Origin: Coniocarpon cinnabarinum
Lineage: Eukaryota
DNA: 64,000 bases
Direction: 5' to 3'
NCBI GenBank assembly: GCA_051942205.1
Contig: JAVECO010000007.1
Location: forward strand, 62,001 to 126,000
In this document: positions 48,532-59,542 of the stretch, piece after piece
Layout of the letters: each line of letters opens with the position of its first letter
Numbering within the stretch: position 1 is the first letter of the stretch
Program-made: the position numbers and the translations under genes
The notes under the pieces: generated by a model
What the model was told of the DNA's origin: nothing
The model's input: the letters and a program-made list of their open reading frames with translations, nothing else
The model's database searches: none

Positions 48532-50250
48532 TTACAAGAGGTCAACAATTATGCGTGAGATAACGTCAACGCCTTCGCCGCGGATAGCACTGACAGGTGC
48601 GGCTGTTGGGGACTGTCTCCAAGCATTGAGCCGACCGCTTGGGTGAGGTAATTCCCCGCTTCTGACTTGATTGATGAATGTCTGCAGATTGGCAAAATTC
48701 GCTTGCGTACCGTCAATGTCTGCCTTGTTCGCAACCACAAACCAGGGTTTGGAGGAGATTGGAGGACCAAGAGCTGGTAACGCACGGCGCTGACTCGTCA
48801 GCTCTAGTTGCTCTTCACCCAATCTCAGCTCGGACTCAGCGCTGATTTCTCGCTCACGCAGGGATTCATACTCGCCGACCTCTTCCCACAGGGCCCGCAG
48901 TGCCCGCACAGCATCGCCGGCGTCCAGATCCACCACAAAGACGAGGATTTTAGCCCTCTCAACGTGACGCAAAAAGTCTAGACCCAGGCCGCGATCGAGA
49001 TGAGCACCCTCCACAAGACCAGGTATATCCGCGATAGTGACGCTGGTTCGTGGCTCGCCGGAGGCTTCGAAAGACTGCAGCGCAGGACGTCCCTTATGAT
49101 CGTCGAGAACAATGGTGCCCACATTCGGCTGCAAAGTGGTGAATGCCCAACTGCCAATTCGGGTCCTACTGTTCGTGAGGGCCCTTAGTAAAGTGCTCTT
49201 GCCTGCGTTGGGAAGACCGACAAGACCGACATCTGCCAGCATTTTCAACTCAAGCTGAAGCGACATCGACGTACCCGGCTCGCCTTTCGTTGCTAGCAAA
49301 GGCCTTGAGGCATTTTCTGCGATGAAGTGTGGATTACCAAGCCCGCCAACTGCGCCCGCCGCCAGGAGCATCGGTCGTTCCATGGCGGCGTCAAGGTCCA
49401 GATGGATCGGTGCCTTTGGCTGCGCCGCTAGGGCGGGGGAGAAACGGGTTGCTGGAATCTTTGGTGTTGCCAGGCCACGACTCTCTGCAGGGGACATGCC
49501 CGGATAGGCAAGCCATTTCTCACGCGCATAAGCCTCTGCAAATGCCTCATCGGCTCTTGCCCTTCTTTTCTTCATGGCATCTTCTGCGCGCGGATCCAGC
49601 CGGTCGGTCTCTCTTACAATGGTGCCCACCGGGACGGTGATGAGGACATCTGCACCTCGTTCCCCGCCTCGACTCTTTCCACGACCATGGCCTCCACGTC
49701 CTGCGCGAAATTGTGCCCTCCGCGCTATCTTGTGAAGGCTTGTCTCGCCTCGAATAGCTTGAATGTAGACGCTGCCTCCGTCGCCCCCGTCACCGCCATT
49801 TGGTGGACCTTCTGCAATGTATTTTTCTCTGAGAAATGAGATGCAGCCATTGCCGCCTGCGCCTGCATGAACGGTTATTGAGCATCTGTCTGTGAACGGA
49901 TTCGAGCTGAAGGCTTCGGGCGAGGGATCGAGATGACTGTTCGCGTTCACGTGGGGCACGTTCAATGATGCTTTCTCTGCAGCGAGTTGGACACCATCAG
50001 GGCTTTTCGAGGCTCGGGTGTGCTGGCCTTGCTGGTCAAAAGTCGAAAATCGCCAGCTCCCGCTTCGCCGGCGTGCTGCCCAAGATCGATGTTTGGCATG
50101 TAGAAGTGGTCGTGGGTTGAAATTGTGGAGAGCGAATGCTCGCCCACTAATTCGACAAGCGGTAGCAGTCGACAGGAGCTCGAAACTCGCTTCGCGCATG
50201 TAAAACAGATTCTCTCTTGAAGATGGAAGAACACGGATGTCTTTAAACAT
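48532..50250 (-). CDS. MTG2: Mitochondrial Obg-family GTPase (mitoribosome assembly)
   Basis: AGAGGNGCISFLREK..GPPNGGDGG Obg fold, DVGLVGLPNAGKS, FTTLQP, DIPGL and NKAD motifs. The first in-frame ATG is at 50250. Confidence 0.93.
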   Translation of the reverse strand: MFKDIRVLPSSRENLFYMREASFELLSTATACRISGRAFALHNFNPRPLLHAKHRSWAARRRSGSWRFSTFDQQGQHTRASKSPDGVQLAAEKASLNVPHVNANSHLDPSPEAFSSNPFTDRCSITVHAGAGGNGCISFLREKYIAEGPPNGGDGGDGGSVYIQAIRGETSLHKIARRAQFRAGRGGHGRGKSRGGERGADVLITVPVGTIVRETDRLDPRAEDAMKKRRARADEAFAEAYAREKWLAYPGMSPAESRGLATPKIPATRFSPALAAQPKAPIHLDLDAAMERPMLLAAGAVGGLGNPHFIAENASRPLLATKGEPGTSMSLQLELKMLADVGLVGLPNAGKSTLLRALTNSRTRIGSWAFTTLQPNVGTIVLDDHKGRPALQSFEASGEPRTSVTIADIPGLVEGAHLDRGLGLDFLRHVERAKILVFVVDLDAGDAVRALRALWEEVGEYESLREREISAESELRLGEEQLELTSQRRALPALGPPISSKPWFVVANKADIDGTQANFANLQTFINQVRSGELPHPSGRLNAWRQSPTAAPVSAIRGEGVDVISRIIVDLL

Positions 50251-50785
50251 CTGAAGACATTGACCGTTTAGGCTTGGCACTCGGACAGCTTCGGACTCGG
50301 AGCTCCGCTCCGCTACCGCGACCTGTCCTGCTTTTATCACTTAAATGTCTGTCTTGATAACGTGACATGAGAACAGGCTGCGACTTGAATAGTCGTTGCT
50401 ATCTGGTCGACCCTGAGCTTTACTTAATATTTTACTGAGATGAGGGGTTTCACGAAGTTGCAGGTGCAATCTGTAGGCCCAGTGTTCTCAGTAGACCAAG
50501 CCGAACCTGGACTTTGAGGTAGCTAGGGTCAAGCATGTCCTCTAAACGTGATTGTTCACAATTCCGTAATATGCTTGAGACGAGAGCATTCGATTATTTG
50601 CCAACACGTTCTCAGGGAGGTGATCGTATGATCGTAGCGATTGAACAAGACCCGGGGGCAGACCTGGCGTAACTGTTCCCCGCTACCTTACCCAGAGGTG
50701 TCCTACTCGAGCGGCAATACTGATCAACCCATTTTGACAAAGACGTTTTCAAAATGTGGGCTTGTTGATTGAGTGCTGATTCAGC

Positions 50786-52744
50786 ATGCAATCGCCCGCT
50801 CCTGGCAAGGATAACGACCTGGTCAGAGGACGAAAGATACTTTCAAGGCTGCTGCTTGACATAACATCGATGATAACATGCGCGTTGGAAAGGCCTTTGT
50901 TACTTGAAGATCCACTACTAGGCGTCGGTGGTAGACTTCTTCGGAACCTCAATCAGGACTATGAAAGCCTGCTTCACCTTGCTAATGAGAAATTGCACGC
51001 TTTCAAATTTAGTGAAGTCCCTCTCTGCTGGGTGAGACTGTATGAAGAAGCGCAGCTTCATGCCATCAGCGCCCTGCACAAGGAACCACTCAGCTCGACA
51101 GGCGCTAAAACTGACAGCAAAAGTCGTCAAATTGAGCTGGACTTGGAACGGATGCTTACCCTGGTCGTGCAAAAACTCGATCTAGTGCTCATCAAAACTC
51201 AGGGTCTGGGGAGAAAGGCACTGATCCATGCAGTCTTAAGTCATCTGGATCTCTATGCGAGTACTCATCTGCAAACACCATCTGTGGACCTCGACGGGCA
51301 ACATGCGCTTGAAAATGGTCTCAATTCCGAGGATGTTTATTCGGAGGAAGACATTTTGACGCCAGGGCAAAGTCCACCTGAAGACGCTGAGTTAGTCAAA
51401 TGCCATGCCGCTCGAGGATGGCTAAGCAGAACTCTCTCACGATATGCGTTGCCCTCGGTTTTCCCGACGCATTCACACAATGCTCCAAAATTACAACAAC
51501 CACTTCAGACTTTGAGAGGAAGCAGCGAGTCAGATTTAATGCGACAGTTCTGCGCCCATCAATCAACAATGAACAGCCCTGTAGTCATCAGCAATGGCAT
51601 TGGGGACTGGCCGGCTACCTCGAACTGGACGAATCCTAATTATTGGCTTGCGCAGACGCACGGCGGTCGCAGAATTGTCCCTGTAGAGCTTGGATCCAAG
51701 TATACTGACGATGAGTGGGGCCAGCAAATACTTGATTTCGGTACATTCTTGTCGCAACATCTATGCGGCCTGCGCAAGGAGCGGGACACAAGCTACGATT
51801 CCCCTGAAACTCAAGAAGTGTTACCGCGAGGATATCTTGCGCAACACGAATTCTTCGAGCAGATGCCCACCTTCTATAAGGACATTCGAATTCCTGACTA
51901 CTGCTTTGTCACATCCATGATCGACAAGTCACTGGTCGAAGACAAAGTTACCAACGCTCCAACTTTGAAGCGAAAACGTTCACTCCCCGTGGATGGCTGC
52001 AGGCTGCCTGCAGAATGTCATTACAGCGTTAAAAGCAGCATCGCCGAGGATCCTCTGGAGAACTGCAGCAACGCAAACGGATTCAAGGGAACTTCGGCCG
52101 CGCATGAGGAAGCAAGCATATCACATGGCGACGCTGACGGGGTCAGAGGCAGTTCACAGGATGACAGCGGCTTTGTCGGAGAAGAGGAAGAGCCCTCAGA
52201 AATCAAGATCAACATCTGGCTCGGTCCCGCAGACACTGTATCGCCGGCGCATACGGATTCGCATCATAACATACTAGCTCAAGTAATGGGTCGCAAGTAC
52301 ATCAGACTATACCCTCCGTCACAGAGCGAGTACATGTACCCTATGAGGGCTCACGAAGGAAAACGGAGACATTCTTTAAGTGTGGACCCTTTGCGAATGA
52401 CGGATCCAATGGCAGGTGCAACAAGGTCAAATGCACAGAGTGGCTTCCATCAAGAGAAATTAGGAGACTATCCCGAACAGCACTCGGTAGAACAGGTCGA
52501 CATGAGCAATACCTCCCAGCTGGATGTTGGGTTAGATGTTGAGTGGGAGCGAGAAGACGACGCATCAAGACGAGTTCGGCTTGAACAGCGCGAGCGACAG
52601 CTTGAAGGCTTTCCAGAAGCAGCACATGCGTCGTTCCAAGAGTGTGTCCTCGGACCAGGAGACTGCCTCTTCATTCCACGAGGTTGGTGGCACTATGTTC
52701 AAAGTCTCGACGTGAGCGCCAGCGTGAGCTTCTGGTGGGACTGA
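50786..52744 (+). CDS. JmjC-domain Fe(II)/2OG hydroxylase, JMJD5/KDM8-like
   Basis: VPVELGSKYTDDEWGQ, GYLAQH, DIRIPDYC, NIWLGP..SPAHTD (HxD) and LFIPRGWWHYV..SVSFWW motifs. Confidence 0.9.
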   Translation: MQSPAPGKDNDLVRGRKILSRLLLDITSMITCALERPLLLEDPLLGVGGRLLRNLNQDYESLLHLANEKLHAFKFSEVPLCWVRLYEEAQLHAISALHKEPLSSTGAKTDSKSRQIELDLERMLTLVVQKLDLVLIKTQGLGRKALIHAVLSHLDLYASTHLQTPSVDLDGQHALENGLNSEDVYSEEDILTPGQSPPEDAELVKCHAARGWLSRTLSRYALPSVFPTHSHNAPKLQQPLQTLRGSSESDLMRQFCAHQSTMNSPVVISNGIGDWPATSNWTNPNYWLAQTHGGRRIVPVELGSKYTDDEWGQQILDFGTFLSQHLCGLRKERDTSYDSPETQEVLPRGYLAQHEFFEQMPTFYKDIRIPDYCFVTSMIDKSLVEDKVTNAPTLKRKRSLPVDGCRLPAECHYSVKSSIAEDPLENCSNANGFKGTSAAHEEASISHGDADGVRGSSQDDSGFVGEEEEPSEIKINIWLGPADTVSPAHTDSHHNILAQVMGRKYIRLYPPSQSEYMYPMRAHEGKRRHSLSVDPLRMTDPMAGATRSNAQSGFHQEKLGDYPEQHSVEQVDMSNTSQLDVGLDVEWEREDDASRRVRLEQRERQLEGFPEAAHASFQECVLGPGDCLFIPRGWWHYVQSLDVSASVSFWWD

Positions 52745-53164
52745 CGGGATGGGGCGGTTGGGTGTGTCGATATGCAAAAGATCAGATTGGTATTCGAGAC
52801 TCTGAGAGATGCAGTGCAGGTAAAGTGAAACCCACAAAGCCACACTTCGATTCCCAAGTGCACGTGCTCTGGGTCTCGGAAACGGTTAAGCTTCCACGGA
52901 AGTTGGCCTGAGCTCTGGACGGATCTAACCACTTGTGCCACTAACTCCACAGAGCTGTGAGCCTCGGCCTGCCATGTGTAAGCACGGCCTCTTGCAATCA
53001 GTTCGTCCGTCCTTGTTCAAACTGAAGACGGTTCGCTGCACCCCGGCAAGCCGTCACGCCGTGGAAAAGTGGGTGGTTTCTTCTGCTGTGTCTCTTCTCT
53101 GTCCTTCAGACTCCCGCGCCTACGACAGGGACCCCCTCACAGAAGCCTCCATCCATCACGAACC

Positions 53165-54235
53165 ATGGCTGGTCTCCTCCGCAACACGCTCTTTAATCCT
53201 CTGCTGACGGGTCCACTCCTGCTTGCCCTCACGCGTGGCTCTCCAGAGACTCGCACACGCATCCTTGACACCGTCGGCAAAGTCCCATACGCCCCCAACG
53301 AAGCCCTACTCATTCGCTCTCTCAAATACCTCCTTGCCTTTGGCCTTGTCAGCCAGCTCAACCGCTTCCTGACGCGCCTTGCCCTCAACAAATGGCAGCT
53401 TCGCGACACTACTCCCCCCTTCGACCCGAAGAATGAGGTCTGCGTCATTACTGGCGGCTCCGGCGGTATTGGGTCAGAGATCGTCCGCAATTTGGCGCGC
53501 ACCGGCATGCGGATTGCCATCATGGATCTTACGCCGCCGCCGGCAGACCTCAAGGCGTACCGCAACGTGCACTTCTACGAGAGCGACATCACGAAGCCAG
53601 AGGCCGTGCAAGAGGTAGCTGCGCGCATTAAGAAGGACCTCGGCACCGTGAGCATCTTGCTCAACAATGCGGGCGTCGGCAACACCTACAACATTCTTGA
53701 TATCTCAGACAGCTATCTCGAGAAGGTCTTCCATATCAATCTCATCTCTCACTGGTACACGGTCAAGGCCTTCCTCCCAGATATGATCGCTGCCAAAAAA
53801 GGCCACATCCTTTCCACTGCGTCCATGGCGTCGTATGTCGCGGTCGCTGGCATGGTTGACTACTGTGTCACGAAGGCCGGTGTCATGTCCTTTCACGAGG
53901 GCCTGAACCAGGAGCTGAAGCACCGCTACAACGCCCCCTTTATCAAGACCACCGCCATCCACCCGTACTGGGTTCAAACGAAAATGTTCTTCGACATTGG
54001 CGCAGATAGCTTGAGCCCGGCCAAGGCGCCAAGCATGACGCCGCAGTACGCGGGCACGGAGATTGCGAAAGCGGTGTTGAGCGGTCGTAGTGGGCACCTC
54101 ATCTTGCCAAAGGACTTTAGGTTGGCTGGCATCACCGGCGTCAGGGGATGGGCGACGTGGTTGCATGAATTGGCGAATGACGGATTGAAAGAGATCACGC
54201 TGAAGGGAGACGCAAAGTCCCTGCCGGCGCGGTAG
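53165..54235 (+). CDS. Short-chain dehydrogenase/reductase (retinol dehydrogenase/17bHSD11-like)
   Basis: TGGSGGIG, LLNNAG and YCVTK motifs; hydrophobic N-terminus; ATG in good context (ACCATGG). Confidence 0.92.
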   Translation: MAGLLRNTLFNPLLTGPLLLALTRGSPETRTRILDTVGKVPYAPNEALLIRSLKYLLAFGLVSQLNRFLTRLALNKWQLRDTTPPFDPKNEVCVITGGSGGIGSEIVRNLARTGMRIAIMDLTPPPADLKAYRNVHFYESDITKPEAVQEVAARIKKDLGTVSILLNNAGVGNTYNILDISDSYLEKVFHINLISHWYTVKAFLPDMIAAKKGHILSTASMASYVAVAGMVDYCVTKAGVMSFHEGLNQELKHRYNAPFIKTTAIHPYWVQTKMFFDIGADSLSPAKAPSMTPQYAGTEIAKAVLSGRSGHLILPKDFRLAGITGVRGWATWLHELANDGLKEITLKGDAKSLPAR

Positions 54236-54392
54236 GTTCGGACAAGCACGATGAAACTTGATGTACATATGTGGGATTTGATGGGTAAAGGTCTCGACAT
54301 CGCATATATGATAAAGCAATATCACTTCATCATATCCGGTGTTTTGAGCATTCGAATCAATATTCACAGATCTACAGACGAGGCGCTCCATC

Positions 54393-55445
54393 TCACCTTC
54401 TCTTCCCCCTGACAACCTTGCCTCCTCTCTTCATCGCCTTCGGCGTCGTCAACCTCCCCAAATCCCTCTTCCCCACCGTCAACATTCCCCCCTTGAACTT
54501 CCCCACGGAAGGATTCCCCACGCTCCGCTCCCGCCTTCTCTCATCCCTCTCCTTGCGCTCCGTCGCCGCTTTCTCAAGCACAATCCCATTCTCCCTCGCC
54601 TCTCGCCTCCTCTTATCCTCTCTTTCCCGTCCCTTGTTCTTGATCCCGTTTCGAATCACAGCGGGGACGTTGCGCTGCTTGAGTACGCTGTCCCTAGCTC
54701 CGAGGGAGGCTAGGCGTGACTCCGTTGTCTTGAGGCGGCTGTGGAGATTTGGTTTGCTAGATTGGAAGGTGATGCCGGGTTGTTGGGAGAGGAGGTGCGA
54801 CTCTTGGATCAGGCGCGAGAGCTCGAGGTCATTCTTGAGGTGTTCGTGCGCTGTTTGAGCATCTTCGTTCGGATCGATGGGGAGGGATTTGTTGGGGGTT
54901 CGGGACGTGGAGGTGGGTGGCTTAGAGGTCATGAAGGCACGTTTGGCGGTGCGTTGAGTGATTTCATCTTGTGTATCTGTGTTGTAGTTGCTGGTGTGAT
55001 TTATGATTTGGACGGTAGAATCATGGTGGTTGTTGGGTATCTCTGAGGAAGACAAGCTTCCATCATCGCTGTCGAGCCCGCTCCACTCGTCTTTAGCCTG
55101 GTGCTTGTCTGCGATCTTGCCATTTGAAGCATGACTGCTTCTTGGGTGTCTGTCCGACCCTTTACTCTGTCGGGTCGTGGTTGAAGAGCCCTCGAGCGGC
55201 GCGAAGCGCTCCTCAAAAGCTCGTCTGAAAATATCGCGCTCTTGCTCTTCATCGCCCTCCCGATCCTCGAACTCAGAGGCGCTGAGATCTCCACTCTCAT
55301 CACTTTGCGATGCCTCAACTACATCTTCTTCTCTACCTCCTCGGGTGTCTGAAGGAAAGGAAGTACGCTTCGAGGCTGGCTTTTCGTTTGACACTCGCTT
55401 GCGTTTGCCGAGTGCAGATGGAGCGTCTTTCAGGATACCGGGCAT
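54393..55445 (-). CDS. FAF1: Faf1-like pre-rRNA processing protein
   Basis: DIFRRAFEERFAPL, HLKNDLELSRLIQESHLL, RRREARENGIVLE and PSVGKFKGGMLTV motifs. Confidence 0.75.
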   Translation of the reverse strand: MPGILKDAPSALGKRKRVSNEKPASKRTSFPSDTRGGREEDVVEASQSDESGDLSASEFEDREGDEEQERDIFRRAFEERFAPLEGSSTTTRQSKGSDRHPRSSHASNGKIADKHQAKDEWSGLDSDDGSLSSSEIPNNHHDSTVQIINHTSNYNTDTQDEITQRTAKRAFMTSKPPTSTSRTPNKSLPIDPNEDAQTAHEHLKNDLELSRLIQESHLLSQQPGITFQSSKPNLHSRLKTTESRLASLGARDSVLKQRNVPAVIRNGIKNKGREREDKRRREARENGIVLEKAATERKERDERRRERSVGNPSVGKFKGGMLTVGKRDLGRLTTPKAMKRGGKVVRGKRR

Positions 55446-55722
55446 TTTTACGGGCGCAAGAAAGAATACCTGGAACTTTGAATATCTTGCTTATTAGACC
55501 TCGGAGCATTTACCGCGTATCGCTACTAAATGATAAATCTGTAAATCGAGTTTAGCTTCCAGAAGGTGCAAGGAATGATGAAAAAGATAAGATATTCAAG
55601 ATATTCTACTCCGAAAGCACTAGCGCGATTGACACGTCCGAGTATAAATCCTGAATCATTGGCGTGTACAGAAAACATTGCGGCTGCTTCTCTGCTTCCT
55701 ACGTCCTCTGATCGCTGTAACA

Positions 55723-57359
55723 ATGGCTGTTGATGGTGATCTCGGAAGGCCGTCCCTTGCCTTCAATTTGAAAACTGCTGCGCGGCCCAACATACTAGCC
55801 TTGAAGCCATACAGGTGTGCAAGAGAGTATGTTCCGCATATACCAGATGCTTCGCCAAGAAGCGGATAGATTTACGACCGCTAAGCTAAATAGCTATTGT
55901 GGCTGAAACAGTGACTATAAGGATGACGGCACCAATGTTCTGCTGGATGCAAATGAGAACGCATACGGTCCAGCTCTTGCACTCGATAGTAAGGGCAAGC
56001 TAGACGATCGTGAAGATGGTGCAGAGCTCAACCTGAAAGGTGCGTCAAGTAAAGTAGCCAATAACATTTGCTACGGCATCAAATCGCGTTGTGTGACAAT
56101 TTGGCACTCAAGCATCGGCACTCAGATCATGCTGTCGCTTTGACATAGCCAGGAAGCTGATTCGTGATATTTAGGCTTGAACCGATATCCAGATCCGTAC
56201 GGTCTAGCAGCATGTAATGCAGGGCTAGGATTTGCTAACGCACAGCAGCCACCAGCATGAGCTCAAGGACCTCATTTGTAAACTCCGCAACGACCCAAAT
56301 CGCGTCTCAGAACCCATTTCCCCGTCGAATCTCTTCGTGGGCGTGGGCTCTGACGAGGCAATCGACGCCCTCATCCGCTGCTTCTGTGTACCGGGTACTG
56401 ACAAGCTTTTGACTTGTCCACCAACATATGGCATGTACGCAGTATCAGCACAAACGAACGATGTTGAGGTAGTCCACGTTCCTCTTATACCCAATCTTGC
56501 CGGCGCAAATAGTCAATCCAACCCTGACACAGCGGACTTTCGACTGGACGTGGATGGCATATATCACAAACTAAGCCAGGATCCGAGCATCAAACTCATT
56601 TACCTTACCTCTCCCGGCAATCCTACAGCCTCGTTGCTTTCCCAAAAATCTATACTCAACCTTCTCGAGCATCCAACATACAATGGCATCATCTGCGTCG
56701 ATGAAGCATACATTGATTTCTCGCCTCCATCAGCATCTCTTGCAGCCCTCGTAACTCAGTACCCTAATCTCGTGGTCATGCAAACCCTCTCCAAAGCCTT
56801 TGGACTCGCAGGCATCCGTCTTGGTGCCGCCTTTGCAAGTTCAGAAGTAGCACAGCTCCTAAACAACATGAAGGCTCCGTATAACGTGTCAGAACCTACC
56901 TCCCAGATTGCAACGCGAGCATTGCAACCAGATGGACCACACATGCAGCGAATGCACAAGCACAGACAAGCGATAGTCGAACAGCGCACACGACTAATCG
57001 AAGAGCTCCCGAAGATCCCAGGCATTGGCCGATTTCGCGGTGGCTTCGCCGCTAACTTCCTGCTTGTCGAAGTGTTGAACCAGCCCAAGGGCAAGCCTGA
57101 TAGTGCCGTTGCGCTACGTGTGTACGAAAGACTAGCGGAGCACAGAGGGGTGGTTGTGCGGTTCCGGGGAAAAGAACACGGGTGTGAAGGTTGTCTCAGA
57201 GTGACCGTTGGCACCGAAACTGAGGTCACCAAATTCCTGACAGAGCTTCGTGGTGTACTTCAGCAGATCTACGATGGTGCTGTGAGCAATGGCACTCCCA
57301 AAAGTGATCCTGTGCGACAGAAGCAGAGGGAGTCAGAGGAGAACGCAGTGCTAGCGTAG
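55723..57359 (+). CDS. HIS5: Histidinol-phosphate aminotransferase (4 exons)
   Basis: RPNILALKPYRCARD, LLDANEN, LNRYPDP, GVGSDEAID, SPGNPT, VDEAYIDF and TLSKAFGLAGIRLG (PLP lysine) motifs. Confidence 0.96.
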
Positions 57360-57757
57360 ACCTACTTTGACGCTTGATCAAGGAGCAGTGCGTGCGCTCA
57401 GCATAACACATACAGTAGCACACCTTACAGACGATTAACATGCTGGTCTCACAAACCCGCTACCCGCATTTGCTACTCCAGTAGCTCAGCCTCCTCAGCG
57501 GCCAGTCGAGACATACTTCAGAAATAAAGAAATTAGAACAGTTTTCTCAAGTCTGACAGGCATCTAAGCTAAGTAACAATGGTCTTTCATCGCTACGTGT
57601 CAAACAATGGTAACAATCTCCATTGTTTCAACCACGCCTTAAGCTACTCGTCCTCCTGTTTCCCAAACAGTATGCTCGCTAGCGACAACCTCAATGCCAC
57701 AGTCTTTTGAATTTCGTGTACATTCCTTTTGCAAAACTTATTCATTAAACTTTCATA

Positions 57758-58183
57758 ATGCACGCCCCAATATCCTTAGCCTTGACGGCTCTCACCCTCG
57801 CTCCAGCAGCGACAGCCACAAATCCCACAGGACCCTCAATCTCCACCGTCGCCCCCTCAACTACCTCACAACCCACCTTCCAGCCCACATTCATCACAAT
57901 GGTCCGTCCGCTAATCGAGAGATCCGCAGACAACACAGGCAACAATCTCGGCGATGCCGCAGCCGCCATCGCCGCGGTCCTAGACGCAGTGGACAAAGTC
58001 CATCCCATTTCAGCGCTGCATTCTCAGCCGCCGGCTCCTTCGCAGAAGCCGAGGCCGCCGCCGCCGCATCCCCCCGCACCGACGCCTAGCTCTTCGCATT
58101 TGGCGCAGTTGCCGCAGAGTCCACAGGGTGCGGCTGCGGTGCCGGATGCTGGTCTCGGTGTCGGTGCGGCCTCACAACAGTAA
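57758..58183 (+). CDS. Small putative secreted Pro/Thr-rich orphan protein
   Basis: Signal-peptide-like MHAPISLALTALTLAPAATA and a P/T/S-rich body. A GTAAGT donor at 58180 may move the stop to about 58233. Confidence 0.55.
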   Translation: MHAPISLALTALTLAPAATATNPTGPSISTVAPSTTSQPTFQPTFITMVRPLIERSADNTGNNLGDAAAAIAAVLDAVDKVHPISALHSQPPAPSQKPRPPPPHPPAPTPSSSHLAQLPQSPQGAAAVPDAGLGVGAASQQ

Positions 58184-58714
58184 GTCGACATGTGTTCTTG
58201 AAGCTTGCTGAGTGGGCCGCTTGAAGTACCTGAGTGGTATGGTACCACGTAGCGTCGGTATCTTGAGACTGGTGCTTGGAAACGATACTTGCCAAAATAA
58301 GATAGGGGCTCGCCCGCTACATAGGCGTATTGGGTCCACATGTTCTAGTGAAGAGATGACGCTAAAGAATGGTAATTTGAGCCTCATTCTCATCTTAGTT
58401 TTGCTTTGGAGTTTGCAGCGGCCTTGTGCACGAATGAGCTCTGGACTGCACTGTGTATTGAACGCGTGCGTCTGATGTACTCACCGATTGCAAAATTGAC
58501 TGTTTTAGACAATAATACCAAAATAGTACGCGAGGTACCAAGGTTACCACCTGTCTCGTTATGTGCACGTCCCGAATAGAGTCTCCATTTTTTTGGCCTT
58601 CAATGAGGCTCTTCTTGTCTGATGCCACCCTGTAGCAGTAGTTTGGTACCAGCAGATTGACGAGTTTTCACTCAAATAGGCCTCTACTCGTTCAGTCGTT
58701 GCCATATATTCAAC

Positions 58715-59236
58715 ATGTTGATGAGCCTCGTCACCCTTCTTCCCGTTGAATCAAAGATGAAGATCATCACCAAATATGTACAGCGGAAAATCAACGAACA
58801 TGCTTCTTTGGCCGAGCACATGATATGCAAAGGGTACATGAGCGACTCCTTGCGACGACGCAAAGTCGAGATTGCACCAGAGGCGGAGAGCGTGAAGCGA
58901 TTGATCGAAACCGCACTCATGAACAAGCGATGTCTTGCGCTAGTTTCCAGTGCCGTTCAACGCCGACTTGAGATTCTCACAGACCTTGAAGCAAGGACGG
59001 AACAGCGACTCCATTACATCGCTGTACACGGACATCTTCCCGCTGCGTCTGGAGCTGAAAAGGACGATTTGCCAAGGGAGCATGATCAACTGTTTGCAGT
59101 ATTCTGGAAATACCAGGCTGAGCACACATGCTTATACCAGATAAAGCTGAATCTGGGACAGCAAGCTGATCAGCCACGGCAAGGAAGTACTCACGGGGAT
59201 GTTGATGATCCCCGTGCTTCCTCGCATGCGGCGTAA
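58715..59236 (+). CDS. Orphan helical protein with F-box-like N-terminus (paralog A)
   Basis: 173-aa ORF (LVTLLPVESKMKII) that aligns by eye with the adjacent paralog B. Confidence 0.65.
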   Translation: MLMSLVTLLPVESKMKIITKYVQRKINEHASLAEHMICKGYMSDSLRRRKVEIAPEAESVKRLIETALMNKRCLALVSSAVQRRLEILTDLEARTEQRLHYIAVHGHLPAASGAEKDDLPREHDQLFAVFWKYQAEHTCLYQIKLNLGQQADQPRQGSTHGDVDDPRASSHAA

Positions 59237-59542
59237 GGAAACATATCCGATTTCGCGCTTTCTGTCCTCGAGCATTACAGAGACGCGAGCCTGAGTCTAC
59301 AGCGACTTTGTTTGGGTAAGTCAAGCGACTGATCGACTCTCGATCAATCTTGACGGCAGAGTAGTCAAGATAGTTGCCCTTTTGAGTTACGAGGCTGACA
59401 AAAGGACAGTCGTCGTTCAGTCACGTCATCACGCGCAGTAGGTAATCTATCAAACCTGTAGCATTACCACCCAACTCGGGCGGTGTCTTCATTTCTTTGC
59501 AACAATGTTTTCTTTGAGATTACCGCTTCTTGGAAGATACGT

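Noticed and set aside
50786..52744. JmjC protein as the eRF1 lysyl hydroxylase JMJD4
   Set aside because: The motifs (VPVELG, YLAQH, DIxIPDYC, SVSFWW) are of the JMJD5/KDM8 type.
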